A DNA stretch of 64,000 nt. Source: Muribaculaceae bacterium (lineage in GTDB: Bacteria > Bacteroidota > Bacteroidia > Bacteroidales > Muribaculaceae). The position numbers were made by a program, and so were the translations under genes. How positions within the stretch are numbered: the stretch's first letter is position 1; the number at the start of each line of letters is the position of its first letter. Location of the stretch: positions 13,883-77,882 of the forward strand of contig JAGAUV010000008.1 in assembly GCA_017620635.1 (NCBI GenBank), given 5' to 3'. Below the pieces are notes generated by a model. The model did no database searches, had not been told where the DNA came from, and was given only the letters and a program-made list of their open reading frames with translations. Below are positions 1 to 8,419 of the stretch, piece by piece.

Positions 1-1683
1 TCCGGTTTCTATTCGTCGTAACTTATTTTCCCACAAGCCTGTAAGCTTGGCTGATTTAAGCAATTCTTCATTTATTGTGCCTATAAGATCGATGCCGGCC
101 TGAGTCGCTACGAGATTCTTTCGTTCACGTCGTATATAACCGCGTTTGAAGAGGGTTTCTATTATCGCGGCTCTGGTCGACGGTCGTCCTATGCCGTTGT
201 CTTTCATCGCTTCGCGAAGCTCCTCGCTGTCTACCGTTCGGCCGGCCGTTTCCATGGCTCGCAATAGTGTGCCTTCGGTATATGGCTTGGGTGCCTGACT
301 GGTTTTCTTGGCAAGGAATGGTTTGTGCGGACCGCTCTCGCCTTCTGTGAATACAGGCAGCACGGCATCGCTTTCATCGCTCTTATCATCGTCGTTTTTG
401 GCCGGAAGAAGCACTCGCCAGCCAGGTTCGATTATGACCTTGCCGGTTGCCTTGAACTCATAGTCGCCTGACTGTCCGAGTACGCTTGTTGCCTCAAACT
501 TACAGTCAGGATAAAAGACGCCTATAAAGCGCATGGCAATCAGATGATAAAGCCGTTTCTCTTCTGTATCTATTCCTGATGGAAACTGCCCCGTCGGTAT
601 AATGGCATGGTGATCCGTTACCTTGCTGTTGTCAAATATCTTCTTGCTCTTTGTTATTGGCGACGATAGAATTGCCTCCGTATATTTCTCATAGGGAGTC
701 ATCTTTTTAAGAGTCGGGGCGATCTTTGGATAGATATCATCGCTCAGATATGTCGTGTCTACACGTGGATATGTGGTCAGCTTTTTCTCGTACAGGCTCT
801 GTATGAGGCGGAGCGTCATATCTGCAGTCCAGCCGAAGCGTTTGTTGCATTCTACCTGTAGCGATGTCAGGTCGAATAGGCGTGGAGCTGATTCTCGACC
901 GGTCTTCTTCGTGATCGATTTGACCGTAAAAGTCTTGGACTCTATGTCGGCTACTGCGCTAAGTCCGGGAGCTTCTGTCTCGAATCTGTCGCCCGTATAG
1001 GTGAAATTGACATCTCTGTAATAGGTATGAAGCTCCCACGAGTCTTTGGGTACAAAGTTCTCAATCTCTTGCTGGCGCTTGACTATCAACGCCAGTGTCG
1101 GAGTCTGCACACGTCCTATTGACAGCACCTGTCCCCGACCTCCGTATTTTAGGGTATAGAGTCGGGTGGCATTCATGCCTAATATCCAGTCGCCTATAGC
1201 TCTCGATAATCCGGCATAAAAGAGGCGGTCATATTCCTTCTGAGGCTTTAACTGACCGAAACCCTCGCGTATCGATTCATCGGTCAGAGAGGAGATCCAG
1301 AGCCTTTCTACCGGACAGCTTGCATTGGCCTTCTTCATGACCCATCGCTGGATAAGCTCTCCTTCCTGGCCGGCATCGCCGCAGTTTATTATCTCGTCGG
1401 CTTGGCCGACAAGCGTTTCTATAACGCCGAACTGATGCTCGATGCCCGGATCTTTGATGACTTTGATATCAAATTTTGCCGGAAGCATCGGCAGCTCCGA
1501 CAGGCACCAGCGTTTCCAGCGTGGCGAATAATCATCCGGTTCATATAGACAGCAAAGGTGACCGAGCGTCCATGTTACCCGGTAACCGTTGCCTTCATAA
1601 TATCCATCGTGACGCTCAGTAGCCCCGAGAATAACGGCTATATCTCGAGCCACACTCGGTTTCTCGGTGATGCAGAGCTTCAT
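1..1683 (-). CDS. topB: DNA topoisomerase III (type IA), 3' end truncated by window edge; absent from ORF track
   Basis: Manual translation from ATG at 1683 gives MKLCITEKPSVARDIA...TWTLGHL...CGDAGQEGELIQRW, plus SIGRVQTPTL and TYPRVDT. These are Toprim/type IA motifs. Confidence 0.93.
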   Translation of the reverse strand, partial: MKLCITEKPSVARDIAVILGATERHDGYYEGNGYRVTWTLGHLCCLYEPDDYSPRWKRWCLSELPMLPAKFDIKVIKDPGIEHQFGVIETLVGQADEIINCGDAGQEGELIQRWVMKKANASCPVERLWISSLTDESIREGFGQLKPQKEYDRLFYAGLSRAIGDWILGMNATRLYTLKYGGRGQVLSIGRVQTPTLALIVKRQQEIENFVPKDSWELHTYYRDVNFTYTGDRFETEAPGLSAVADIESKTFTVKSITKKTGRESAPRLFDLTSLQVECNKRFGWTADMTLRLIQSLYEKKLTTYPRVDTTYLSDDIYPKIAPTLKKMTPYEKYTEAILSSPITKSKKIFDNSKVTDHHAIIPTGQFPSGIDTEEKRLYHLIAMRFIGVFYPDCKFEATSVLGQSGDYEFKATGKVIIEPGWRVLLPAKNDDDKSDESDAVLPVFTEGESGPHKPFLAKKTSQAPKPYTEGTLLRAMETAGRTVDSEELREAMKDNGIGRPSTRAAIIETLFKRGYIRRERKNLVATQAGIDLIGTINEELLKSAKLTGLWENKLRRIETG

Positions 1684-1685
1684 GA

Positions 1686-2471
1686 TTACTTGTTCAGAAC
1701 TTTTTTGGCTTCGTTCCAGAGCGCGTCCATCTCCTCGAGTGTCATGTCCTTTAGTGCTTTACCCTGCTCTTTTGCCTGTGCTTCAAGCCAGTTGAATCGG
1801 GCGATGAATTTACGGTTGGTACGCTCGAGAGCGTTTACCGGATTAATTCCGTACAGTCGGGCTGCATTCACGAGGCTGAAGAACAGATCTCCGAACTCTG
1901 CCTCGATCTCTTCCTGCTTACCTTCGTTGATCGCCTGATGCACCTCTGATGTTTCTTCTGCGACCTTGTCCCATACCTGCTCGGGCGTTTCCCAGTCGAA
2001 ACCTACATTGGCTGCCTTTTCCTGTACTCTGTACGCCTTTACCAATGCCGGTAAAGCGGCCGGGACTCCGGCCAATACCGACTTGTTGCCGCCCTTCTCC
2101 TTAAGCTTGATCTGTTCCCAGTTCTGGGCGACCTGCTCGGGTGTATCGGCGTGAACATTGCCGAAAACATGGGGGTGACGGAATATGAGCTTGTTATTGA
2201 TCGCATCAGCCACATCGGCGATATCGAACTGTCCTTTCTCTGAACCTATCTTTGAATAGAAGAGCACATGGAGAAGTACATCGCCGAGCTCCTTCTTGAT
2301 TTCGTTGCAATCATCGTCAAGAAGAGCCTGAGTCAGTTCATAAACCTCTTCAATAGTGTTGGGTCGCAGACTTTCGTTGGTCTGCTTGGCATCCCAGGGA
2401 CATTTTACCCTGAGAATATCAAGTGTGTCTATGAGGCGTCCGATAGCCTCGAGATGTTCTTTCTTTGCCAT
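1686..2471 (-). CDS. mazG: Nucleoside triphosphate pyrophosphohydrolase MazG
   Basis: CPWD..QT, EEVYE, ELGDVLL, RHPHVF and a second domain EFGDLFF. Confidence 0.95.
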   Translation of the reverse strand: MAKKEHLEAIGRLIDTLDILRVKCPWDAKQTNESLRPNTIEEVYELTQALLDDDCNEIKKELGDVLLHVLFYSKIGSEKGQFDIADVADAINNKLIFRHPHVFGNVHADTPEQVAQNWEQIKLKEKGGNKSVLAGVPAALPALVKAYRVQEKAANVGFDWETPEQVWDKVAEETSEVHQAINEGKQEEIEAEFGDLFFSLVNAARLYGINPVNALERTNRKFIARFNWLEAQAKEQGKALKDMTLEEMDALWNEAKKVLNK

Positions 2472-4423
2472 TATTTATATTTTTCCACGCCTTCTTCGAG
2501 CCATGCTACAAAGTCGCCTACATTCTCGTCGTATACACGAGGCTGCGACAAGGGTTTGCCGGCATTGTCGAGAAGGATATAGTATGGTTGTGAGTTGATA
2601 CCAAATTTATGACGCTGCAGATATGCCCATTTGTCGCCGACGGTTGTGAGGCGGATCTGTTTGCCTTCCTCTTCTACTACAATAGGTTTGGGCAATTGAG
2701 CCTTGTCGTCCACCATAAGCTTGATCATCACATAGTCGCGCTCTATGATTCCGCGTACGGTCGGAGTATCGAATACGGCACCTTCCATCTTGCGGCAGTT
2801 CACGCAGGCATATCCTGAGAAGTCAAGTAATACAGGCTTGTTGTTGGCGGCTGCGTATGCCATGCCTTTGTCGTAGTCGTCAAACTCCTCGAATGTACCG
2901 CCATAGAGATTGAAATCCTGAGTGTACAGAGGCGGTGCGAACGCGCTCACAGCCTTTAACGGAGCGCCCCAGAGACCGGGTACGAGATACACCGCAAACG
3001 ATAATGATGCAACTGCCATGAAGAATCGGCCCACAGATGTGTGCTCTACCGGAGCATCGTGGCTGAAACGCAGTTTGCCGAGAAGGTAAAGGCCAAGAAG
3101 GATGAAGAGAATTATCCATATCGACAGGAACACTTCGCGGTCGAGTATGTGCCAGCCATAGGCAAGATCGGCAACCGACAGGAACTTAAGCGACAGTATC
3201 AGCTCTATAAAGCCAAGCACTACCTTGACCGTGTTGAGCCATGAGCCCGAGCGTGGAAGTTCCTTGAGCATCGAGGGGAAGAAGGCAAAGAAACCGAATG
3301 GCAGCGCAAGGCCTAAGGCAAAACCGCCCATGCCGAGTAGCGGACCCATGAGGTTGCTCTGCGAGAAGGCCTCTACAAGCAGCGTACCGATAATAGGTCC
3401 GGTGCATGAGAACGATACGAGCACAAGCGTGAAAGCCATAAAGAATATGCTGAGCAGGCCTGTCGTATTTTCTGCCTTGGCGTCTATCGCATTCGACCAT
3501 TTTGCCGGCAACGCTATTTCAAACGCGCCGAAGAATGATATGGCGAAAACAACAAGGAGAGCGAAAAATATGAGGTTGAATACAGCGCCGGTTGCTATTT
3601 CATTCAACTTGCCCGGACCGAATATGAGAGTCAGTATAATGCCGAGTACCAGGAATATGACTATTATGCTTAGTGCGTAGATCACAGCGTCGCGGATTGA
3701 ACGGCTGCGCGACTTGCTCTTCTTCAGGAAGAAACTTACTGTCATCGGTATCATGGGCCATACACATGGAGTCATAAGAGCCACCAGACCGCCCAGGAAG
3801 CCGAAAAGGAGGATCGCCCAATAGCTTTGTACGCCATTGTCGGTCGTTACTTCTACAGGATCCCACCATGCCGACTGTATGGTTGTCTGTTGCTGGCTTG
3901 GCGCTGCTGTCGCTTCCTTGGCAGGCACTTCGTTTTGTACCGCTACAGCCGGTCCGCCTATACTGAGATCAAACTCATAGCGAGCCGGTGGTGTGCACGA
4001 ACTCTCTGTGCATGACATATAACTTACCGCGCCGGTAATCGAACCCGAAGCTCCTTTTTCTACTTTGAACTTCTGTGTAAACGACACCTGACCAACAATC
4101 CACGGCAGATTAAGATTCATGAAATCATCGAAATGCATCGATTCATTACCTGTTTTGATCAGGTCTCCGTCGAGGCTGACTCCTTCGGGTAGTTCAAAGG
4201 TAATGGAGGTCGGATCAGGCACACCTGCCTCTTGTCCGAGCGAAGGCATCTCGAAGCCGTAGATATGCCAGCCTTCGCCGATATTGCCTGTTACAGTCAC
4301 TGTTGCGGTCCCGTCGGTCGGTCCGTCGAGAATTGCGCTCCATTCTACTGCCTGTACCTGCCCTTTCGTTACGAATGAGAAGAGACAGGCGAATATTGCC
4401 GATAAATATAGTTTTGTCTTCAT
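2471..4423 (-). CDS. dsbD: Protein-disulfide reductase DsbD (N-terminal domain + transmembrane domain + thioredoxin-like domain)
   Basis: Signal peptide, GWHIY, YMSCTESSC, TPCVWPMIP, SCTGPIIG, C-terminal CVNCRKME. Confidence 0.92.
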   Translation of the reverse strand: MKTKLYLSAIFACLFSFVTKGQVQAVEWSAILDGPTDGTATVTVTGNIGEGWHIYGFEMPSLGQEAGVPDPTSITFELPEGVSLDGDLIKTGNESMHFDDFMNLNLPWIVGQVSFTQKFKVEKGASGSITGAVSYMSCTESSCTPPARYEFDLSIGGPAVAVQNEVPAKEATAAPSQQQTTIQSAWWDPVEVTTDNGVQSYWAILLFGFLGGLVALMTPCVWPMIPMTVSFFLKKSKSRSRSIRDAVIYALSIIVIFLVLGIILTLIFGPGKLNEIATGAVFNLIFFALLVVFAISFFGAFEIALPAKWSNAIDAKAENTTGLLSIFFMAFTLVLVSFSCTGPIIGTLLVEAFSQSNLMGPLLGMGGFALGLALPFGFFAFFPSMLKELPRSGSWLNTVKVVLGFIELILSLKFLSVADLAYGWHILDREVFLSIWIILFILLGLYLLGKLRFSHDAPVEHTSVGRFFMAVASLSFAVYLVPGLWGAPLKAVSAFAPPLYTQDFNLYGGTFEEFDDYDKGMAYAAANNKPVLLDFSGYACVNCRKMEGAVFDTPTVRGIIERDYVMIKLMVDDKAQLPKPIVVEEEGKQIRLTTVGDKWAYLQRHKFGINSQPYYILLDNAGKPLSQPRVYDENVGDFVAWLEEGVEKYK

Positions 4424-4887
4424 TACTTCTTAAACTTTATAGGAGTTGCAATGTTTTCGCGAACCGGAGGACGACAGGTAGTGCCGTCGCATGTCATGTA
4501 ATTGATCACGCAGTTGAACCTGGGGTTCTCGCCCGTAATCTTAAACGGGATCGTAAATTCTATATTGGAGTCCCACCAGGTCAGTTTCATGCCGAACAGG
4601 GGATCGTCCACTTCGAGAGCTGGACGGGCCGGCGTAATTTTTCCTGTAAACTCTATATCCGTCGAGGCTTTGAAGTCGAAAGTCGTAGGCTTGGGGCCGT
4701 TTTTGGGAAGTGTAAGTCCATACAGGTGCCATCCGTCAGCCACAAGTGCTTTTATGGTCACTACACCTTCTTTGTCGCCCGTCGACTTTACAAACGTACG
4801 CCAGCGTACTGGCTGCTGCGTCTGACCGGAAACTTCAAATCCGCTTATCGCTAAGAAAAGTAATAAAAATGTGAGTAAACGTGTCAT
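4423..4887 (-). CDS. Stand-alone DsbD N-terminal domain protein
   Basis: GWHLY, GPKPTTF, YMTCDGTTCRPP. Signal peptide from ATG 4887 (start refined from ORF 4423..4977). Confidence 0.8.
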   Translation of the reverse strand: MTRLLTFLLLFLAISGFEVSGQTQQPVRWRTFVKSTGDKEGVVTIKALVADGWHLYGLTLPKNGPKPTTFDFKASTDIEFTGKITPARPALEVDDPLFGMKLTWWDSNIEFTIPFKITGENPRFNCVINYMTCDGTTCRPPVRENIATPIKFKK

Positions 4888-5013
4888 ATTTAGATACATT
4901 CGAAGCGACTGATGTGTCTCAGCCGCAAATTTATCATACAAAGTTACTGATTTACGCTCTAATATGAAAATTATCAAATTAAAAAAACGCTAAAACAAGC
5001 ATTTGCCGGACAA

Positions 5014-5037
5014 AACAAATGGCGTATAATCGATGTT
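5014..5037 (+). promoter_or_regulatory. AAC-N18-GTT alternative-sigma promoter candidate upstream of the glsB-like gene
   Basis: AAC aaatggcgtataatcgat GTTgtt, about 30 nt before ATG 5067; motif recurs upstream of other stress genes. Confidence 0.55.
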
Positions 5038-5066
5038 GTTATAGTGTAACCAATAAAATTAGTATT

Positions 5067-5321
5067 ATGGAGTTTATATGGTATATTCTTATCGGCATAA
5101 TATCCGGCTTCCTGGCCGGTAAAATCATGCGAGGCGGAGGCTTTGGCCTTATTGTCAATCTTATAGTAGGTATAATCGGCGGTGTGCTCGGCGGATGGCT
5201 TTTCGGCCTGCTTGGCATCAGTGCCGGCGGAGGTATTATCGGTGGCATAATTACATCTGTCATTGGAGCGGTCGTGCTTCTATGGATTGTCGGGCTTATT
5301 GCCGGACGCGGTAAACAATGA
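5067..5321 (+). CDS. GlsB/YeaQ/YmgE family stress-response membrane protein
   Basis: Small Gly-rich hydrophobic protein, IGIISGFLAGKIMRGGGFGLIVNLIVGIIGGVLGGWLF. Start refined to ATG 5067. Confidence 0.9.
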   Translation: MEFIWYILIGIISGFLAGKIMRGGGFGLIVNLIVGIIGGVLGGWLFGLLGISAGGGIIGGIITSVIGAVVLLWIVGLIAGRGKQ

Positions 5322-5351
5322 CAGCAGCCTATTGTGTCGTGTGCATGGTTG

Positions 5352-5375
5352 AACCATAAGGCTTCGACAAATGTT
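5352..5375 (+). promoter_or_regulatory. AAC-N18-GTT promoter candidate upstream of lipoprotein gene
   Basis: gAAC cataaggcttcgacaaat GTTata, about 34 nt before ATG 5409. Confidence 0.55.
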
Positions 5376-5408
5376 ATATTTTCATAATCAAACTAAACTA
5401 CTATTATT

Positions 5409-6032
5409 ATGAAAATTCAGACTGCCGGATTCTTCTCGCTACTTGCCGTCCTCGGTGCCATGACAGCGATATCATCATGTTCTAAAACCGATTATGTGGC
5501 AGGTCTTTGGCAAGGCAATCCCGAGCACATTGTCAGCATCCCGTCGGCAAGCGATGCCACTTCTACTATTACGATAGATTTCGCACCGAGAAGCGATAAA
5601 AAAGGACAAGGACAAGTCGACCTCAATGCTGTTATCGAAGTACAGCAAGCCGTTGTCGGATCGCTTGTCGACATGCAGTCTCCATATCAGGCCAACATAA
5701 CGGCTACAGCCTCAATTTCGGGATATTACGCACCCGAAAAGGGCGAGGACGACGACTTTATCCTGTCGTTTGACGCATCCTCCCTCAAGGTCAACGTCGA
5801 TCCGAGCGGAGTCGTTTTTGTAAATGATGCTGTAAGCAACATGGAACGGCCTGTCCTCGACTCCCTCACGACCGCTACCGCCGACCAATGGCGTGTGATA
5901 CTCACAAAAGTAATGAGAGAGGAGTTCTATAAATTCTCACGTATCGAAGATGTGGAAGTACATCACAACGATATGATGAGCATGGAGATCGACAATCACG
6001 ACAAGGTATTCCGCCGCATAGCCCAGAACTAA
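5409..6032 (+). CDS. Hypothetical lipoprotein
   Basis: 207-aa ORF with a signal peptide ending in a lipobox-like ISSC; no family recognised. Confidence 0.8.
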   Translation: MKIQTAGFFSLLAVLGAMTAISSCSKTDYVAGLWQGNPEHIVSIPSASDATSTITIDFAPRSDKKGQGQVDLNAVIEVQQAVVGSLVDMQSPYQANITATASISGYYAPEKGEDDDFILSFDASSLKVNVDPSGVVFVNDAVSNMERPVLDSLTTATADQWRVILTKVMREEFYKFSRIEDVEVHHNDMMSMEIDNHDKVFRRIAQN

Positions 6033-6054
6033 ACTTTCGGGTTACTGAATCGTT
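6032..6054 (+). promoter_or_regulatory. AAC-N17-GTT promoter candidate upstream of sod
   Basis: aAAC tttcgggttactgaatc GTTac, about 34 nt before ATG 6088. Confidence 0.45.
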
Positions 6055-6087
6055 ACACTTATATGAAACCCCAAAATAACTGAAACA

Positions 6088-6663
6088 ATGAAATACGAAC
6101 AGCCACAGCTACCATACAACCGACAGGCTCTTGAGCCTGTCATCAGCGCCGAGACTATTGACTACCACTATGGCAAGCATGAAAAAGCCTATATCGATAA
6201 TCTCAACAAACTTATCAAGGACACCGAATTTGAGGACATGAGCCTCGAAGAAGTGATCGCACATTCCAAAGGCGCCTTGTTCAATAATGCATCACAGGCC
6301 TGGAACCATATATTCTACTTCTTCACTTTCGCTCCCGACGGCTCTCGTGAGCCTCAGGGCGATCTGCGTAGAGCTATCGATCGCGACTTCGGATCCTTCG
6401 ACAATTTCAAAAAGGCATTTGTCGATGCCGGTGTCGGCCTGTTCGGCTCCGGATGGGTATGGCTTTCTCGCGATGAAGAAGGTAAGCTATTCATTACCCA
6501 GGAACAGAATGCCGGCAACCCGATAACATCAGGGCTGACCCCTCTGCTCACATTCGATGTATGGGAGCATGCCTACTATCTCGACTATCAGAATCGTCGT
6601 GCCGATGCCCTCGCTAAACTGTGGGACATTGTCGACTGGGATGTCGTCGAAAATCGTTATTAA
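6088..6663 (+). CDS. sod: Fe/Mn superoxide dismutase
   Basis: HYGKH, FNNASQAWNH, GSGWVWL, DVWEHAYY. Confidence 0.97.
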   Translation: MKYEQPQLPYNRQALEPVISAETIDYHYGKHEKAYIDNLNKLIKDTEFEDMSLEEVIAHSKGALFNNASQAWNHIFYFFTFAPDGSREPQGDLRRAIDRDFGSFDNFKKAFVDAGVGLFGSGWVWLSRDEEGKLFITQEQNAGNPITSGLTPLLTFDVWEHAYYLDYQNRRADALAKLWDIVDWDVVENRY

Positions 6664-6705
6664 TCCCTGAATAGCACTTTAAGAATAAGCATAATGTGAT
6701 GAATG

Positions 6706-6741
6706 GAAAGGGAGGTACTCGTGAGAGCACCTCTTTTTCTT
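6706..6741 (+). terminator. Intrinsic terminator after sod
   Basis: Hairpin gaggtactc-gtga-gagcacctc followed by tttttctt. Confidence 0.75.
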
Positions 6742-6960
6742 GTAAATCAGGTTTTTAAACCTATTTGTTATCAAGTGTTAATTAAGCCGTGTTGAGGAAA
6801 GTGAATATTATATTGCGGTAAATGACAAAAAGTAAGCAAAGGGTGTCTCGCAGCAGCTATTTACCATACTATCTATATTTGTTCTGCTGCAAGTGTGTAA
6901 AATATGTTAATATCTCGTCAATTTGCGAACATATTACTTGCATAAGCTTGACAGCGGCAT

Positions 6961-6968
6961 TAACTTTG
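6961..6968 (+). promoter_or_regulatory. Bacteroidetes housekeeping -7 box (TAACTTTG) driving the putative sRNA
   Basis: Exact match to TAnnTTTG. Confidence 0.7.
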
Positions 6969-6972
6969 CATC

Positions 6973-7040
6973 GTGTTTTTCATGGTATAGATTTAAGGTT
7001 AATTAGATTGATTGTCGAGATGACAATCAATTCTTTTTTT
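6973..7040 (+). ncRNA. Putative small regulatory RNA (about 70 nt)
   Basis: Starts just after the -7 box. U-rich unstructured 5' part, then a perfect 10-bp hairpin attgattgtc-gagat-gacaatcaat (7007-7031) and a T7 tract. No credible CDS. Confidence 0.65.
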
Positions 7041-7130
7041 ATACCTGTCAATACTTGTTTCATGAACATCCCTTGCTCAAAAATTTGTGCGTTGACAAAT
7101 TTTTTGCTATTTTTGCTCTAATTTTGAGCC

Positions 7131-7772
7131 ATGGAGCATATTCTGTACATCTTACCGCGAGGCATTGCCATCGGAGCATTGATTTCAGCGCCGATGGGGC
7201 CTATAGGTATGTTGGTAATACAGCGTACGCTTAGCAAAGGCAGATGGCCGGCCTTCTTTACCGGAGTGGGTGCAGCTTTAAGTGATCTTATATATTGTCT
7301 GTTAACCGGTTTCTGTCTCAGTTTTATTACCGGTTTTATCGATGCTCATCAGCTGCTGATTCAGATAATAGGCAGTATCGTCCTCGGAGCATTCGGTGTA
7401 TACCTTTTCCGCAAGAACCCGACACGATCACTTAAAACAGCCATGCCGGCGGCCTCAAACTATTGGAGCGATCTCGGTACCGGTTTCCTGCTTACATTCT
7501 CAAATCCTCTGATTCTCTTCTTTATAATAGGCCTTTTCGCGAGATTCAATTTTATTCTGCCTGAATTCGAGATTCATCATCATATTTTTGCCTACACTAC
7601 GATATTTGCCGGAGCCTTACTCTGGTGGTACTTCGTCACATCTTTGGTCAACCATTTAGGCAAGCGCATCAACATGCGTTCCTTAAAGATTATCAACCGC
7701 GTAATAGCCCTTGTGCTTATCGGTATGGCTGTCATTGGTGTCATAATGGCTAATTTCGACAAACATTTCTGA
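7131..7772 (+). CDS. LysE family translocator
   Basis: SAPMGPIGMLVIQRTL, GVGAALSD, FLLTFSNP; about 6 transmembrane segments. Confidence 0.9.
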   Translation: MEHILYILPRGIAIGALISAPMGPIGMLVIQRTLSKGRWPAFFTGVGAALSDLIYCLLTGFCLSFITGFIDAHQLLIQIIGSIVLGAFGVYLFRKNPTRSLKTAMPAASNYWSDLGTGFLLTFSNPLILFFIIGLFARFNFILPEFEIHHHIFAYTTIFAGALLWWYFVTSLVNHLGKRINMRSLKIINRVIALVLIGMAVIGVIMANFDKHF

Positions 7773-7774
7773 GT

Positions 7775-8419
7775 ATGGAAACAAAAACTCTGACTCTGCC
7801 CTACGTTGAGACGCCCGATTGGATCAAGCTCTACTCTACGCTCCCGGCTCATAAGATAGAGTGTCGCAACGATTGGCCCGGCACTCGCGACGGTGTTGAT
7901 GTATCTTTCATCCCGAGCTACAACGACGATGGCATACAGATTACATTTACCACCAAAGGAGCTCCTCTGATATGTAACCACTTCGCAAATCAGGCTGCTG
8001 TCTGTGCCGACTCTTGTGTCGAATTTTTCATTATGACCGATGTCGAAGGCGTCTACATAAATTTCGAGTTCAACATACTCGGCTATATTAACGCATCGAG
8101 GCGTACCGGCCGTCATGATTCAACACCTCTCACGGCTGACGAATTAGCCATGATAAAGACCATTCCGACATACCATGCCGACGGCCCGTTTGTTTTCGAC
8201 GATCTTGAAGATGACACCTGGATTATCACGGTAAATATTCCGTGGAAACTCATTGGCGTCAAGCCTGATGTCGGTACAATATTAAAGGGAAACTTTCAGG
8301 CATGTTCCGACGATGCCAACCCTCCCTATTATCTTACATGGTCCCCTATCGCGACTCCTCAGCCCGACTATCATCGTCCCGAATTTTTCGGCGACATAAT
8401 CCTTGGCCCTAAAGAATGA
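7775..8419 (+). CDS. Carbohydrate-binding family 9-like (DOMON-like) protein
   Basis: DSCVEFF, YINFEFN..G, GNF..C, W.P...PDYHRPEFFG; no signal peptide. Confidence 0.75.
   Translation: METKTLTLPYVETPDWIKLYSTLPAHKIECRNDWPGTRDGVDVSFIPSYNDDGIQITFTTKGAPLICNHFANQAAVCADSCVEFFIMTDVEGVYINFEFNILGYINASRRTGRHDSTPLTADELAMIKTIPTYHADGPFVFDDLEDDTWIITVNIPWKLIGVKPDVGTILKGNFQACSDDANPPYYLTWSPIATPQPDYHRPEFFGDIILGPKE

Noticed and set aside
6822-7121. 99-aa ORF in the sod-lysE gap, and a 7-codon minus-strand ORF (ATGAAAAACACGATGCAAAGTTAA)
   Set aside because: AT-rich with no protein-like features; it runs through a promoter and a terminator. The sRNA reading explains the region better.
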